Notes: generated from the letters alone by a model not told the origin. A stretch of 64,000 nucleotides of DNA from Pseudogracilibacillus sp. (GCA_035301305.1 DATGUO010000055.1:23779-87778), one strand, 5' to 3'. Counted from the stretch's first letter, positions 10,434 through 21,393 are shown. Translations and numbers: made by a program.

Positions 10434-10470
10434 CATAAAAAAAGCTGCTCTATTTTTCAATAGAACAGCA
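10434..10470 (-). terminator. gapB terminator
   Basis: On the minus strand: gctgttctatt gaaa aatagagcagc followed by T7. Confidence 0.75.
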
Positions 10471-10477
10471 CTTTTTA

Positions 10478-11521
10478 TTACGATATTTTCGCTTGGCTGG
10501 GTGTTTTTCCTTCGTGTAATGCTTCGCCGACAAAATTGACGAGATCCACCACTCTGGCGGAATAACCCCATTCATTGTCGTACCATGCAAGAACTTTCAC
10601 TTTATTATCTTCCATCACCATCGTGGTTAAACCATCCACAATCGCTGAGTAATCCGTAGTATTATAATCCGCAGATACAAGAGGCTCTTCTGTATACTGA
10701 ACAATGCCGTTCATCGAGTGTTCTGCCTCTTTTTGAAAAGCTTCGTTCACTTCTTCAGCCGTTACCTTTTCCCCTACATCGACAACTAAATCCACGAGGG
10801 AGACATTAGGCGTTGGCACGCGCAAAGCCATACCATGTAATTTTCCATCTAAATGCGGCAGGACAAGTCCTAGAGCTTTGGCAGCCCCAGTCGATGTTGG
10901 AATAATCGATTGGCCGCTTGCTCTGGCCCGCCGTAAATCTTTATGCGGGTTATCTAAATTTTTCTGATCGCTCGTATATGCATGAACTGTTGTCATCAGA
11001 CCATTTTCAATGGAAAAATAATCATCCAGCACTTTAACAATGGGAGCTAAACAATTTGTTGTACAAGATGCATTGGAAATGACATGCTCTGTCGCCGGAT
11101 CATACGTCTCTTCATTGACACCAAGAACTATCGTATTATCTACATCTTTTCCTGGGGCTGTGATGACAACTTTTTTAGCACCTGCGTCTAAATGTTTTTG
11201 AGACCCTTCTCTTGAATTGAATTTACCGGTTGCTTCCACCACCACATCAATATCATATTCTCCCCAAGGAAGTTTTTCTGGTTCACGAGAATTGCAATGT
11301 ATAATATGATGTCCATTAATAATCAAGCCATTTTTAACTGTTTCAACATCTTTTTCAAAAATACCATGTACACTATCGTATTTAATTAAATGTGCTAACG
11401 TTTCTTCAGGATAACTTGCATTGATGGCCACTACTTCCATATTTTCATCCAAAATCGCTTGACGAAAAACCATTCGTCCGATTCTGCCAAAGCCATTAAT
11501 TGCAACTCTTGTTTTTGTCAT
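10478..11521 (-). CDS. gapB: Glyceraldehyde-3-phosphate dehydrogenase, gluconeogenic GapB-like
   Basis: Carries the GAPDH motifs INGFGRIGR and SNASCTTNC. The start is set at ATG 11521 after GGGAGGA. The gapB assignment rests on synteny (coaE-gapB-nrdR). Confidence 0.85.
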   Translation of the reverse strand: MTKTRVAINGFGRIGRMVFRQAILDENMEVVAINASYPEETLAHLIKYDSVHGIFEKDVETVKNGLIINGHHIIHCNSREPEKLPWGEYDIDVVVEATGKFNSREGSQKHLDAGAKKVVITAPGKDVDNTIVLGVNEETYDPATEHVISNASCTTNCLAPIVKVLDDYFSIENGLMTTVHAYTSDQKNLDNPHKDLRRARASGQSIIPTSTGAAKALGLVLPHLDGKLHGMALRVPTPNVSLVDLVVDVGEKVTAEEVNEAFQKEAEHSMNGIVQYTEEPLVSADYNTTDYSAIVDGLTTMVMEDNKVKVLAWYDNEWGYSARVVDLVNFVGEALHEGKTPSQAKIS

Positions 11522-11698
11522 TTGTAATCCTCCCACTATATGCTACACTGTTTCACTTATTTTCAATATTAGTGTAACACATTACTAAGGAAAGAAGCTA
11601 CTAAATATATAAAATTCTCAGCAAACTTCTTTTCGTAACCGTTTTCAAGCACTGCATAAACAAGTCCTCAGCTAGAAATACGAATGGTATGTTAACTT

Positions 11699-12319
11699 TT
11701 ATGGATTCCCCTTCTTTTCAATTGAAATTCCCCAGGCGTTTAAGACGTCATCCAGCTGTTCAAAAGAAGCTGCTTTGGATCCATTATTATCAATAACCGC
11801 ATCAGCTTGGGCTGCTTTCTCACTTACAGGCATTTGTGACGCGATACGTTTTTTAGCTTCCTCCGTTCCTTGTTGATCCCGATTGACAATCCGGCTTAAT
11901 TGTTTTTCTTCATCAACAGCTACTACTAAGATTTTGTCTACGAAATTCGTCAGATTGCTCTCAAATAATAAGGGGATATCCATAATCACACAAGCAGCTT
12001 TTTGAGCTATCCACTCCTCCCGCTGGCGCAGCATTTCTTTTCGAATCTCCGGGTGAATAATCTGATTCAACTGTGTCCTTTTTGCTTCATCCTGGAAAAC
12101 AATGCTTCCGAGAGCAGCCCTGTTTAAAGTATCATCTTCATGAAGTATGCTTTCCCCAAAAGTGGCAATAATTTCCTGGTAAGCTGGCTTTCCCGGTTCC
12201 ACAACTTCCCGTGCAATTAAATCAGCATCGACAATCGGTGCACCCAGCTCTTTTAATCTTCTTGCGATAGTACTTTTACCTGTCCCGATACTCCCTGTTA
12301 GCCCGATTACTACTGTCAT
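11699..12319 (-). CDS. coaE: Dephospho-CoA kinase
   Basis: MTVVIGLTGSIGTGKST P-loop. The start ATG 12319 overlaps the mutM stop as ATGA. Confidence 0.9.
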   Translation of the reverse strand: MTVVIGLTGSIGTGKSTIARRLKELGAPIVDADLIAREVVEPGKPAYQEIIATFGESILHEDDTLNRAALGSIVFQDEAKRTQLNQIIHPEIRKEMLRQREEWIAQKAACVIMDIPLLFESNLTNFVDKILVVAVDEEKQLSRIVNRDQQGTEEAKKRIASQMPVSEKAAQADAVIDNNGSKAASFEQLDDVLNAWGISIEKKGNP

Positions 12320-13158
12320 ACTTTTTCTCCTTCTAAAACCTGACATTGCGGACAAATATGCGTGCCTCGCCCTGCCACTTTTAATTTAATGATTTCCGTC
12401 CCGCATAGTTTACAAGGTGTATTTTCCTGTCCGTAAGCATACAAATCCTGCTGAAACATTCCCATTTCCCCTGCCCCGTTTACATAAGAACGGATGGTGG
12501 TGCCACCTTGTTCAACAGCTCTTTGCAACACTTCTTTGGTATAAAAAACGATACGCTTTATTTCTTCGTCCGTTAGCGTATGTGCACGTCTCGCAGGATG
12601 GACTTTGGAAAGAAATAATACCTCATCTACATAAATATTCCCTAACCCTGCGATAATTGTCTGATCAAGCAGGGCAGCTTTTACCCATCTCGTAGTTTTT
12701 TGTAAACGTTCCTGAACATACTCAAAACGATAAGCTGCTTCAAATGGATCAGGACCCAGCTGACGTAATGGTTTTTCGTTTTGTTCCTGTCCTATGGGGA
12801 ATACATGCATGGTACCGAATTTTCGGACGTCTTCATAGCGCAACTCTTCGCCGCTCGTTAATCGAAATACAACATGCGTATGCTTATTTTTCTCTTGTTC
12901 ACCTGGAACAACCTGGTACTTCCCTTCCATCCTTAAATGGGAGACAAGTACATGGTTCGTTAAATAAAATAATAAAAATTTCCCTTTACGTTCGACTTTC
13001 TGAAACGTCTCTCCGATTAATATTTGTCGAAAATGTTCGACGTCATCTGGGCGTTGTATGATTTTCCCCCAAAAGACGGCGACATCTTCTATGGTCTTGT
13101 TTACTATAAATCGTTCAAGCGTTCGTTTAATCGTTTCTACTTCTGGCAGTTCCGGCAT
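12316..13158 (-). CDS. mutM: Formamidopyrimidine-DNA glycosylase
   Basis: MPELPEVET N-terminus and a C-terminal zinc finger CxxC...CPxC. Confidence 0.92.
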   Translation of the reverse strand: MPELPEVETIKRTLERFIVNKTIEDVAVFWGKIIQRPDDVEHFRQILIGETFQKVERKGKFLLFYLTNHVLVSHLRMEGKYQVVPGEQEKNKHTHVVFRLTSGEELRYEDVRKFGTMHVFPIGQEQNEKPLRQLGPDPFEAAYRFEYVQERLQKTTRWVKAALLDQTIIAGLGNIYVDEVLFLSKVHPARRAHTLTDEEIKRIVFYTKEVLQRAVEQGGTTIRSYVNGAGEMGMFQQDLYAYGQENTPCKLCGTEIIKLKVAGRGTHICPQCQVLEGEKV

Positions 13159-13178
13159 TGTTTCTCATCCTGTTCTTT

Positions 13179-15812
13179 TTAATCTGCGTCAAACCAGCTT
13201 TTTCCATAAGTCGGTTCCACTTTTAATGGCACGTCCAGCGCTACGGTCTTTTCCATCACCTGGGGAACAATCTGCTTTAATGTCTCTATTTCCGACGCAG
13301 GAGCTTCTAAAATCAATTCGTCATGCACTTGCATTAACATACGGGCTTCGAGATTCTCTGCTTTTAACCGCTGATGCAAATCAATCATCGCCTGTTTAAT
13401 AATATCTGCAGCTGAACCTTGTATCGGTGTATTCATCGCTGTTCTTTCTGCAAAACTCCGCTGGTTAAAATTTCGACTGGAAAGTTCCGGTAAATAGCGG
13501 CGCCGTTTCATGATTGTTGACACATAGCCATCATGTTTGGCTTCCTGCACGATATCATCCATATACTTTTTAACCCCAGGATAAATGCTGAAATATTTTT
13601 CAATAAATTCTTTCGCTTCTTTCCGTGGAATTTGTAAATTCTCTGATAAACCGTAGTCACTGATGCCATAAACAATACCAAAGTTAACCGCTTTTGCCTG
13701 ACGTCGCATATTGTCATCCACTTCATTTTCTGTCACATGAAAAACGTCCATCGCTGTTTGCGTATGAATATCTTTATCTTCTCTAAAAGCTGAGATGAGT
13801 TTTTCATCTCCTGAAATATGAGCTAACACCCGTAATTCAATTTGAGAATAGTCGGCAGCGAACATCATCCAGTCTTCTTCAGATGGAACAAAAGCTTGTC
13901 TGATCTTTCTCCCCTCTTCTAAACGAATCGGGATGTTTTGTAAATTTGGGTCAGTCGAGCTTAAGCGGCCTGTTTGCGTTAATGCCTGATTAAATCGTGT
14001 ATGAATTTTTTGAGAAGGTTCATGGACTACTTTTAACAGACCTTCTATATAAGTGGAATGGAGTTTTTTCAATTGACGGTACAACAATAATTCCGGGATA
14101 ATCTCATGTTCCGGACGCAGCTTCTCCAATACATCAGCCGCAGTGGAATAACCGGTTTTTGTTTTACGAATCACAGGAAGCTCCAGATTCTCAAAAAGGA
14201 TTACTGCTAATTGTTTTGGAGAGTTAATATTAAAGGTTTCGCCAGCCAATTCATGGATGTTTCTTTCCATCGTATCCAAACGTGCTGTCAAATCCTCTCC
14301 CATTTGTTTTAATCGATCAATATCCACTTTCACCCCTTGATATTCCATTTCGGCTAATATAGAAGCCAACGGTAATTCAAGCTCAGTAAATAAGTTGTTC
14401 ATATTGTTCTCATCGAGCAACTCTTTAAACGTTCCTTGTAATTCATGCATAGCATTCGTTTTACGAATAACATGACTGTAGAATGCAGCTGCTTCTTCTG
14501 GAACGGCTAATTTTTTCCCTTTTCCGTAGACTTCTTCATTATATTTGATGGACGAAAACCCATTACGTCGGGCGATAGGGGCTATTTCGTCATTTTTATC
14601 AGCAGGGTTAATTAAATAAGCTGCCAGCATCATATCAAAATCGATTCCTTGTAAATCAATTCCTTCATGTAAAAAAGCTACACGAACGGCTTTCGCATCA
14701 AATACACATTTATTTTGGGAAGCGTCCTCTGCCCATGCCTTAAAAATATCCGATTGAACTGCTTTTTGAGTTTCTATCACGTAAGCGTTATGTCGGTTAA
14801 CGAGAGCAATCGTTTTAATGGAGGCTGTATGGTAGTTTTCTGTCAGCATCTCAGCAAATAGAGTCGTCTCGGAAGTAAACATATCCTCTGTGATTTCTTC
14901 CACCACTTCATAGTCCACTTCTTCTGTTTCTGATTCCCTTTCTTCACTGGATCCACCTAGTTTCTCTAATAAAGTCCGGAATTCCAAATCAGAAAATAAA
15001 TCATATAGTTTGTCACGGTCATATCCGCTGTATGGAACATCTTCAAGCGTAATTTGAATCGGAGCATTCCTGTCGATGGTGACAAGATCATGACTCATCC
15101 GGGCATCCTCTTCGTGGCTGGTTAAATTCTCTTTTAACTTTTTGCCGCTTACTTCATCAATATGCGTATAAACCTTTTCAAGTGTGCCGAATTGTTTGAT
15201 TAATTTCGTCGCGGTTTTTACTCCCACTCCCGGGACACCAGGGATATTATCTGAGTTGTCTCCCATTAAGGCTTTTAATTCAATAACCTGCTCAGGAGTG
15301 ACCTCCATCTTTTCAAGCAATACGTCCGGCGTGAATGATTCCACTTCACTGACGCCTTTTTTAGTTACATCTACTGTGACATTTCCCGATATTAATTGTA
15401 ATAAGTCACGATCTCCTGAAATCACTTTCACGTCCCAGCCTTCTTTTCCAGCCTGGTAAGACAGTGTTCCGATAATGTCATCCGCCTCATATAACTCAAG
15501 TTCATAGGTAGGAATTTGAAAAGCCTGAAGCGCTTCTTTCATAACAGGAAACTGCTCTGATAATTCTGGAGGTGTTTTCTGTCTGCCACCTTTGTATTCT
15601 TTATACGTACTGTGACGAAATGTTGTTTTCCCCGCATCGAACGCTACCAGCATATGGGTCGGCTGTTCGTCTTCTATAATACGGAATAAAATACTGGAGA
15701 ACCCATATACAGCGTTGGTATACACTCCCTTATCATTATGTAAAAGCGGGAGAGCATAAAAAGCACGGTATAATAAACTATTGCCATCGATTAATACTAA
15801 TTTATTCGTCAT
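13179..15812 (-). CDS. polA: DNA polymerase I
   Basis: 877 aa with a 5' nuclease domain plus polymerase motifs (DYSQIELR, QVHDELI). Confidence 0.97.
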   Translation of the reverse strand: MTNKLVLIDGNSLLYRAFYALPLLHNDKGVYTNAVYGFSSILFRIIEDEQPTHMLVAFDAGKTTFRHSTYKEYKGGRQKTPPELSEQFPVMKEALQAFQIPTYELELYEADDIIGTLSYQAGKEGWDVKVISGDRDLLQLISGNVTVDVTKKGVSEVESFTPDVLLEKMEVTPEQVIELKALMGDNSDNIPGVPGVGVKTATKLIKQFGTLEKVYTHIDEVSGKKLKENLTSHEEDARMSHDLVTIDRNAPIQITLEDVPYSGYDRDKLYDLFSDLEFRTLLEKLGGSSEERESETEEVDYEVVEEITEDMFTSETTLFAEMLTENYHTASIKTIALVNRHNAYVIETQKAVQSDIFKAWAEDASQNKCVFDAKAVRVAFLHEGIDLQGIDFDMMLAAYLINPADKNDEIAPIARRNGFSSIKYNEEVYGKGKKLAVPEEAAAFYSHVIRKTNAMHELQGTFKELLDENNMNNLFTELELPLASILAEMEYQGVKVDIDRLKQMGEDLTARLDTMERNIHELAGETFNINSPKQLAVILFENLELPVIRKTKTGYSTAADVLEKLRPEHEIIPELLLYRQLKKLHSTYIEGLLKVVHEPSQKIHTRFNQALTQTGRLSSTDPNLQNIPIRLEEGRKIRQAFVPSEEDWMMFAADYSQIELRVLAHISGDEKLISAFREDKDIHTQTAMDVFHVTENEVDDNMRRQAKAVNFGIVYGISDYGLSENLQIPRKEAKEFIEKYFSIYPGVKKYMDDIVQEAKHDGYVSTIMKRRRYLPELSSRNFNQRSFAERTAMNTPIQGSAADIIKQAMIDLHQRLKAENLEARMLMQVHDELILEAPASEIETLKQIVPQVMEKTVALDVPLKVEPTYGKSWFDAD

Positions 15813-17223
15813 GATTGAGCTCCTTTTCCTTTTGTTCCCATTGTGTGTGATCTACGGCAGGCAAGCTTACTGTAAAACTTGTACCTTTGCCATACTCACT
15901 GTCTACTTCGATTTGCCCTTGATGTAATTCTACAATATGTTTTACTATTGCGAGTCCTAGACCGGTTCCGCCAGTATCACGACTGCGGGCGGCATCGACT
16001 CGATAAAAACGTTCAAAAATTCGCGGGAGATCCTGTTGTTCTATGCCAATGCCTTCATCCGAAACCTGTATGCTTACTGCCCCGTTTTTCTGATGCACAT
16101 TTAAACGGACTTTTGCATGAGCAGGCGTATAACTTATCGCATTCGTCAGCAAATTAAGCAATAATTGCTTTATTTTTTCTTCATCCGCTTGGAATACGAT
16201 GTGAGGCTGCACTTCTGTTTGAATCGTAGTCTCCTTTTCTGAAGCCAAAGCAGCAATCATTTTTAAGACGTTTTCAATGAGGTCATCCAAATGCACTTTA
16301 TCTATTTGTAATCCCGAATCTTCTTTTTCCAAACGTGATAAACTTAATAAATCTTCAATAAGCAGCTGAATACGATCGCTTTCTTCGTAAATAATGTTTA
16401 AAAATTGTTCTTGTGTTGCCTTATCCTGCAAAGCACCATCAAGCAATGTCTCCGCAAAACCTTTTATCGAGGTGATAGGAGTTTTCAGTTCATGGGAAAC
16501 ATTCGCTACGAAATCTTTCCGCATCATTTCGACGTGTTTAAACTCAGTTATATCGCTTATGACTAAGACGGCTCCTCGCAAAAAATTACGTTCATTAAAT
16601 ATCGGGGCGCCCACCATTTCTAAATATACTGTTTCTCCATGCTGGTAAAAAGAAAATTCTTTTTTTACCCGTTCTTCATACAAAAAAGCCTCTTGCACGA
16701 CGGCTTGAAAATCTTCATTTTGAAAAACATCATAATATAAATCTCCAATAAAATCTTGAGATGGTTTATCAATCATAGCTAAAAACTTTCGGTTCACAAT
16801 ATGAACATAGCCTTTTTCATCAATGAGTACTAAACCGCTCTCTGAATTTTCAATAACTGTGGATAATTGTTCTGCTTGAATCTGTTCCTGGATCGTCAGT
16901 TTACTCAAGTTCCGTGCAAGGGCGTTAATTTTTTGACTTAATTCGCCTATCGTTCCATTCATGGGCTGATGAACACGAGCGTGAAAATTACCTTCTAATA
17001 ATTTATCCATGGTTTGAGAAGTATTTTCAATGGGGTGAATGTATTTATCAAAAAATTGGACAATAAATATTAAAAATATAATAAATTCAATGATGAGAAC
17101 CGAGAAAAGCATGAAATAATTGTTCGTAACAGGAAGTAAAATGATTCCAGTTAAAGCGATGACGAGAAAGAAAAACAGAGCATAACTAATAACTTTTTTT
17201 GAGAACAACCGCTTCATATTCAC
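15802..17223 (-). CDS. phoR: Sensor histidine kinase, PhoR-like
   Basis: Two N-terminal TM helices, HAMP/PAS, an H-box (SHELKTP) and HATPase_c. Synteny is phoP-phoR-polA. It overlaps the polA start by 11 nt. Confidence 0.75.
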   Translation of the reverse strand: MNMKRLFSKKVISYALFFFLVIALTGIILLPVTNNYFMLFSVLIIEFIIFLIFIVQFFDKYIHPIENTSQTMDKLLEGNFHARVHQPMNGTIGELSQKINALARNLSKLTIQEQIQAEQLSTVIENSESGLVLIDEKGYVHIVNRKFLAMIDKPSQDFIGDLYYDVFQNEDFQAVVQEAFLYEERVKKEFSFYQHGETVYLEMVGAPIFNERNFLRGAVLVISDITEFKHVEMMRKDFVANVSHELKTPITSIKGFAETLLDGALQDKATQEQFLNIIYEESDRIQLLIEDLLSLSRLEKEDSGLQIDKVHLDDLIENVLKMIAALASEKETTIQTEVQPHIVFQADEEKIKQLLLNLLTNAISYTPAHAKVRLNVHQKNGAVSIQVSDEGIGIEQQDLPRIFERFYRVDAARSRDTGGTGLGLAIVKHIVELHQGQIEVDSEYGKGTSFTVSLPAVDHTQWEQKEKELNHDE

Positions 17224-17903
17224 TCCTCCAATATATACCCTTGGCCTCGTACCGTTTTAATGTAAACCGGTTTTCGTTTATCTGTTTCAATTTTCTCTCG
17301 TAAGTTGCTTATTTGTATGTCTACAATACGTGTATCACCTAAAAAGTCGAATCCCCATATTTTTTTCAACAGCAAACTTCTGCTGTGAATTTGGTTTGTG
17401 TGTGTCAAAAAGAAATGCAAAACTTCAAATTCTTTTCTTTTTAATGTTATTTTTCTGCCATCGACTTGTACTTCATATTTTTGAAGATCCAAAACAATTC
17501 CCTTGTGCTGCATCGTTTTGCCTTCTTGTGTTTGTTTCTTTATCCGCTTTAAAATAGCATCTATCCTTTTAAGCAGCTCTTTTACACTGAAAGGTTTCGT
17601 CACATAATCATCAGCACCTAGCTCTAAACCGCGGATTCGGTCTTCTTCTGTATTTTTTGCTGTTAGCATAATGATAGGAAGCATGTTGCGTTTGTCCCGT
17701 AACGTTTGGCAAATCTCCAAACCATTCCCTCTGGGGAGCATAATATCTAAAAGCACCAAATCATATATCTGCTGACTTATTTTTTGTAATGCTTCTTCTC
17801 CGGAGTTTGCTACATCGGTTTTAAACCCCGCTTCACGCAGGTTATATTCTATTAAGGTAACAATAGAAGGCTCGTCTTCTACAATTAAAATGAATGGATT
17901 CAA
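17220..17903 (-). CDS. phoP: OmpR-family response regulator, PhoP-like
   Basis: Receiver domain (VEDE, LLDIMLP, K in VTKPF) plus a winged-helix output domain. It has a TTG start after GGGAGG and a 4-nt overlap with phoR. Confidence 0.8.
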   Translation of the reverse strand: MNPFILIVEDEPSIVTLIEYNLREAGFKTDVANSGEEALQKISQQIYDLVLLDIMLPRGNGLEICQTLRDKRNMLPIIMLTAKNTEEDRIRGLELGADDYVTKPFSVKELLKRIDAILKRIKKQTQEGKTMQHKGIVLDLQKYEVQVDGRKITLKRKEFEVLHFFLTHTNQIHSRSLLLKKIWGFDFLGDTRIVDIQISNLREKIETDKRKPVYIKTVRGQGYILEE

Positions 17904-18103
17904 GCTATTCCCTACCTCCCTATTGAAAACTTTGATAGAAAACTTGCCATTCGTATAAGCTTTCCCGGCAAAAGCTTCGTTTGCTTATGAAAAAACATGT
18001 AATTGTTTGTCTGCCCGAAAGCCTCTCTTCTATTTTACATGGTTGCAGCTGAAAAGTGAAACTCTTTACCATAAACATCTAAGAAGCAGATGCCAAATCA
18101 AAA

Positions 18104-18135
18104 TAAAAAATGGCATGAATGAAATAAATTCATCC
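18104..18135 (-). terminator. Probable icd terminator
   Basis: Imperfect hairpin ggatgaat/attcat(g)cc followed by T6 on the minus strand. Confidence 0.5.
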
Positions 18136-18165
18136 ATACCACTTCATATCCAGCTTTTTCAGGAA

Positions 18166-19434
18166 TTAATCCATATTTTTAATTAGTTCATCTGCAAACT
18201 CTGAACATTTTACTTCTTTGGAGTTATCCATTAAACGAGCAAAGTCGTACGTAACTACTTTAGAAGCAATTGTTTTATCCATCGATTGCGAAATCAGTTC
18301 TCCAGCTTCTTTCCAGCCGATATGATCCAGCATTAATACACCAGATAAAATCACAGAAGAAGGGTTTACTTTATCCAGTCCTGCATATTTCGGAGCTGTA
18401 CCATGTGTTGCTTCGAAAATTGCATGTCCTGTATCATAGTTGATATTCGCACCAGGAGCAATACCAATACCGCCTACTTGAGCAGCAAGTGCGTCAGATA
18501 TATAATCCCCATTTAAATTCATGGTCGCTACTACGTCAAATTCATTTGGACGTGTTAGAATTTGTTGCAAGAAAATATCAGCAATTGCATCTTTCACAAT
18601 GATTTTACCAGCTTTTACTGCCTCGTCTTGTGCTTTGTTGGCAGCCTCTTTGCCTTCTTTTTCCACAATGCTGTCATACTCGTCCCAAGTGAATGTCTGA
18701 TCCGCAAATTCTTGCTCGGCTACTTCATATCCCCAAGCTTTAAACGCACCTTCGGTAAATTTCATAATGTTTCCTTTATGAACGAGTGTAACACTGTCGC
18801 GTCCATGCTCCAATGCATAATTAATGCTTGCGCGAACGAGACGCTTCGTTCCTTCTTCGGAGACTGGTTTTACACCAATGCCGGAAGATTCAGGGAAGCG
18901 GATATTTTTCACATCCATTTCGTTCTGTAAAAAGTTAACAACTTTTTCAGCTTCAGGAGTGCCTTTTTGCCATTCGATGCCTGCATAAATGTCTTCCGTA
19001 TTCTCACGGAAAATGACCATATCCACTTGTTCCGGATGTTTTACCGGAGAAGGAACACCATCATAGTAACGAACAGGACGCAGACAATTATACAAATCTA
19101 ATTCTTGGCGCAACGCTACGTTTAAAGAACGGAACCCTTCGCCAATCGGAGTGGTTAACGGGCCTTTAATCGCAATTTTGTATTTATCAATTTCTTCTAA
19201 CGTTTCTTTTGGCAGCCATTCCCCTGTCTTATCGAATGCCTTCTGACCGGCATATACTTCTTTCCAATCTATTTCTTTCTTGCCATCATATGCTTTTTCT
19301 ACAGCCGCTTCTAAAACACGTCTTCCTGCAGCCCAAATATCAGCACCTGTTCCATCTCCTTCAATAAAAGGAATGACAGGTTTGTCTGGTACTTCTAAGT
19401 TTCCTCGGTTATCTACTTTAATAATATTTGACAT
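18166..19434 (-). CDS. icd: NADP-dependent isocitrate dehydrogenase
   Basis: Canonical IDH sequence ([24 protein letters not shown]). The start is set at the ATG giving MSNIIKV. Confidence 0.95.
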   Translation of the reverse strand: MSNIIKVDNRGNLEVPDKPVIPFIEGDGTGADIWAAGRRVLEAAVEKAYDGKKEIDWKEVYAGQKAFDKTGEWLPKETLEEIDKYKIAIKGPLTTPIGEGFRSLNVALRQELDLYNCLRPVRYYDGVPSPVKHPEQVDMVIFRENTEDIYAGIEWQKGTPEAEKVVNFLQNEMDVKNIRFPESSGIGVKPVSEEGTKRLVRASINYALEHGRDSVTLVHKGNIMKFTEGAFKAWGYEVAEQEFADQTFTWDEYDSIVEKEGKEAANKAQDEAVKAGKIIVKDAIADIFLQQILTRPNEFDVVATMNLNGDYISDALAAQVGGIGIAPGANINYDTGHAIFEATHGTAPKYAGLDKVNPSSVILSGVLMLDHIGWKEAGELISQSMDKTIASKVVTYDFARLMDNSKEVKCSEFADELIKNMD

Positions 19435-19601
19435 AATAAATCTAAACCTCCTAGTAATTATATACAAACAGGTATCTCTGGATACTGTTTTTCCGGATGA
19501 ATCTGGAAATAAACCAGGTATGTATACTTTCTATTTTTTTCGTATACATACGAAAAGAATAGCCGGTTTTCCTCCGGCTATTACAGCCCCAACCGAATTA
19601 T

Positions 19602-20723
19602 TTATCTCTCATTGATTGGAACAAAACTTCTCATATCATACCCAACGTACTCTGCACGAGGGCGAATCAGACGGTTATTATCATATTGCTCTAAAATATG
19701 GGCCAACCAGCCTGAAGCACGGCTCACTGCAAAGATAGGGGTGAATAAATCATGGTCTATCCCTAGACTATGATATACAGAAGCGGAGTAAAAATCAACA
19801 TTTGCAGGCAGACCTTTTTCTTCTTTCACATATTCTTCGATTTTAATTGACATATTATACCATTTTTCTTGTCCAGTCAGAGAGGTTAAACGACGAGACA
19901 TTTCCTTTAAATGCTTGGCTCTCGGGTCGCCATTTTTGTAAACGCGATGCCCCATACCCATTATCTTTTCTTTGTTTTCAAAACTTTTTTTAATGTAGGG
20001 AATAGCATTTTCTTCTTCGCCTATTTCTGTAAGCATAGCCATAACCCGTTCATTGGCACCGCCGTGTAAAGGACCTTTCAGCGCGCTGATTGCTGAAGTA
20101 ACGCCTGAATAAATATCTGATAGAGTACCGACACATACTCTTGCAGTAAACGTAGAAGCATTCAGTTCGTGATCGGCATGCAGTACTAATGCTTTGTTAA
20201 TTGCTTCCACTTCAACGTTCTCGCCTTCTTTTCCGTTTAACATATACACGAAGTTCGCTGCATAAGAGAGGTCGTCTCTAGGTTCTACCGGGCCATTTCC
20301 TTGACGGATTCTGGAAAATGCAGTAACAATGGAGGATATTTTTGCTTGTATACGAACAGCCTTGCGCAGGTTAGCTTCCGGATTCATTTCATCCGCCTCA
20401 TTATCTGTCAATCCTAATAAAGAGATAGCTGTACGTAAAGCTGCCATTGGGTGAACAGAACTCAAATCATAAGAGCGTAAATGATCAATGACTGGTTCAG
20501 GTAAATGCATTTCATTTATTAATTCAGTCCGAAATTTATTTAATTGGTTCTCGTCCGGTAGCTCACGATTCCACAATAAATAAATTACTTCTTCAAAAGA
20601 AGCATTTTCCGTTAAGTCATCTATAGAGTAACCACAGTATGTGAGTTGATCATTTATGATTGAGCTAATAGACGACTGTGTTGCAACAACTCCTTCAAGT
20701 CCTTTTGTCGCTGACATGTTCAT
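19602..20723 (-). CDS. citZ: Citrate synthase II
   Basis: 373 aa with citrate synthase motifs (GPLHGGANE, MGMGHRVYK). It is adjacent to icd. Confidence 0.93.
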   Translation of the reverse strand: MNMSATKGLEGVVATQSSISSIINDQLTYCGYSIDDLTENASFEEVIYLLWNRELPDENQLNKFRTELINEMHLPEPVIDHLRSYDLSSVHPMAALRTAISLLGLTDNEADEMNPEANLRKAVRIQAKISSIVTAFSRIRQGNGPVEPRDDLSYAANFVYMLNGKEGENVEVEAINKALVLHADHELNASTFTARVCVGTLSDIYSGVTSAISALKGPLHGGANERVMAMLTEIGEEENAIPYIKKSFENKEKIMGMGHRVYKNGDPRAKHLKEMSRRLTSLTGQEKWYNMSIKIEEYVKEEKGLPANVDFYSASVYHSLGIDHDLFTPIFAVSRASGWLAHILEQYDNNRLIRPRAEYVGYDMRSFVPINER

Positions 20724-20943
20724 TCTCTCCTTTTCCCATTCAAACTATACATTAATATATGTATCAAACACAATTTCTTTAAATCCATTATATCTGATTT
20801 CATGGGTAAAGTGAATTGAAAGCCATTACTTATGCGAAAGAATCATACATTTAACAATTTATAATCTATTTATGAGATTGAAAATAATTGAACCAATCTA
20901 CATTAGATATCAAGAGTTGTTTTATACATTTATGTAATGCATT

Positions 20944-20983
20944 TAAAAAGAATGGAACATGATTGAATACATATTCCATTCTT
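20944..20983 (-). terminator. fxsA/pyk operon terminator
   Basis: Stem agaatggaa / ttccattct with a U-tract on the minus strand. Confidence 0.7.
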
Positions 20984-20994
20984 TAAAATTAAAT

Positions 20995-21393
20995 TTATCT
21001 GTGTCGATAAATCACATTCCGCTTAGCCATTTGTTTCATGATGAGCCAGGATATCCCTTGGCGGAAAACTGGTCTTGTCCACGGCAGAATAAATAACAGG
21101 CCAGTAAAATCAGTGAAAAATCCAGGGGTAATCAGTAATATTCCACCGATAATAATGGTAATACCATCCATTAATTCTTGTGCCGGAGACTGTCCTCGTG
21201 ACATGGCCAGCTGGGCGCTCTTTAGAATTTCAGCCCCTTGTTTTTTCCACAGGGCGATGCCCAGCATTCCAGTTACAATAATCATCAAAACAATAGGCAG
21301 AATTCCCACCTGAGCACTCGTCCAAATAAAGATACCGACTTCAATAGCCGGAACGATAATTAAAATAATGATGAACCACAACATAGTGATCAA
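20995..21393 (-). CDS. fxsA: FxsA-family membrane protein
   Basis: 132 aa, hydrophobic, FxsA-like (PAIEVGIFI..., LLITPGFFTDFTGLLFILP). Confidence 0.8.
   Translation of the reverse strand: MITMLWFIIILIIVPAIEVGIFIWTSAQVGILPIVLMIIVTGMLGIALWKKQGAEILKSAQLAMSRGQSPAQELMDGITIIIGGILLITPGFFTDFTGLLFILPWTRPVFRQGISWLIMKQMAKRNVIYRHR

Noticed and set aside
20817-20830. cre (CcpA) site-like sequence TGAAAGCCATTACT upstream of citZ.
   Set aside because: It deviates from the consensus at the central CG and at the 3' arm. It is plausible by analogy with B. subtilis citZ but not supportable from sequence alone.
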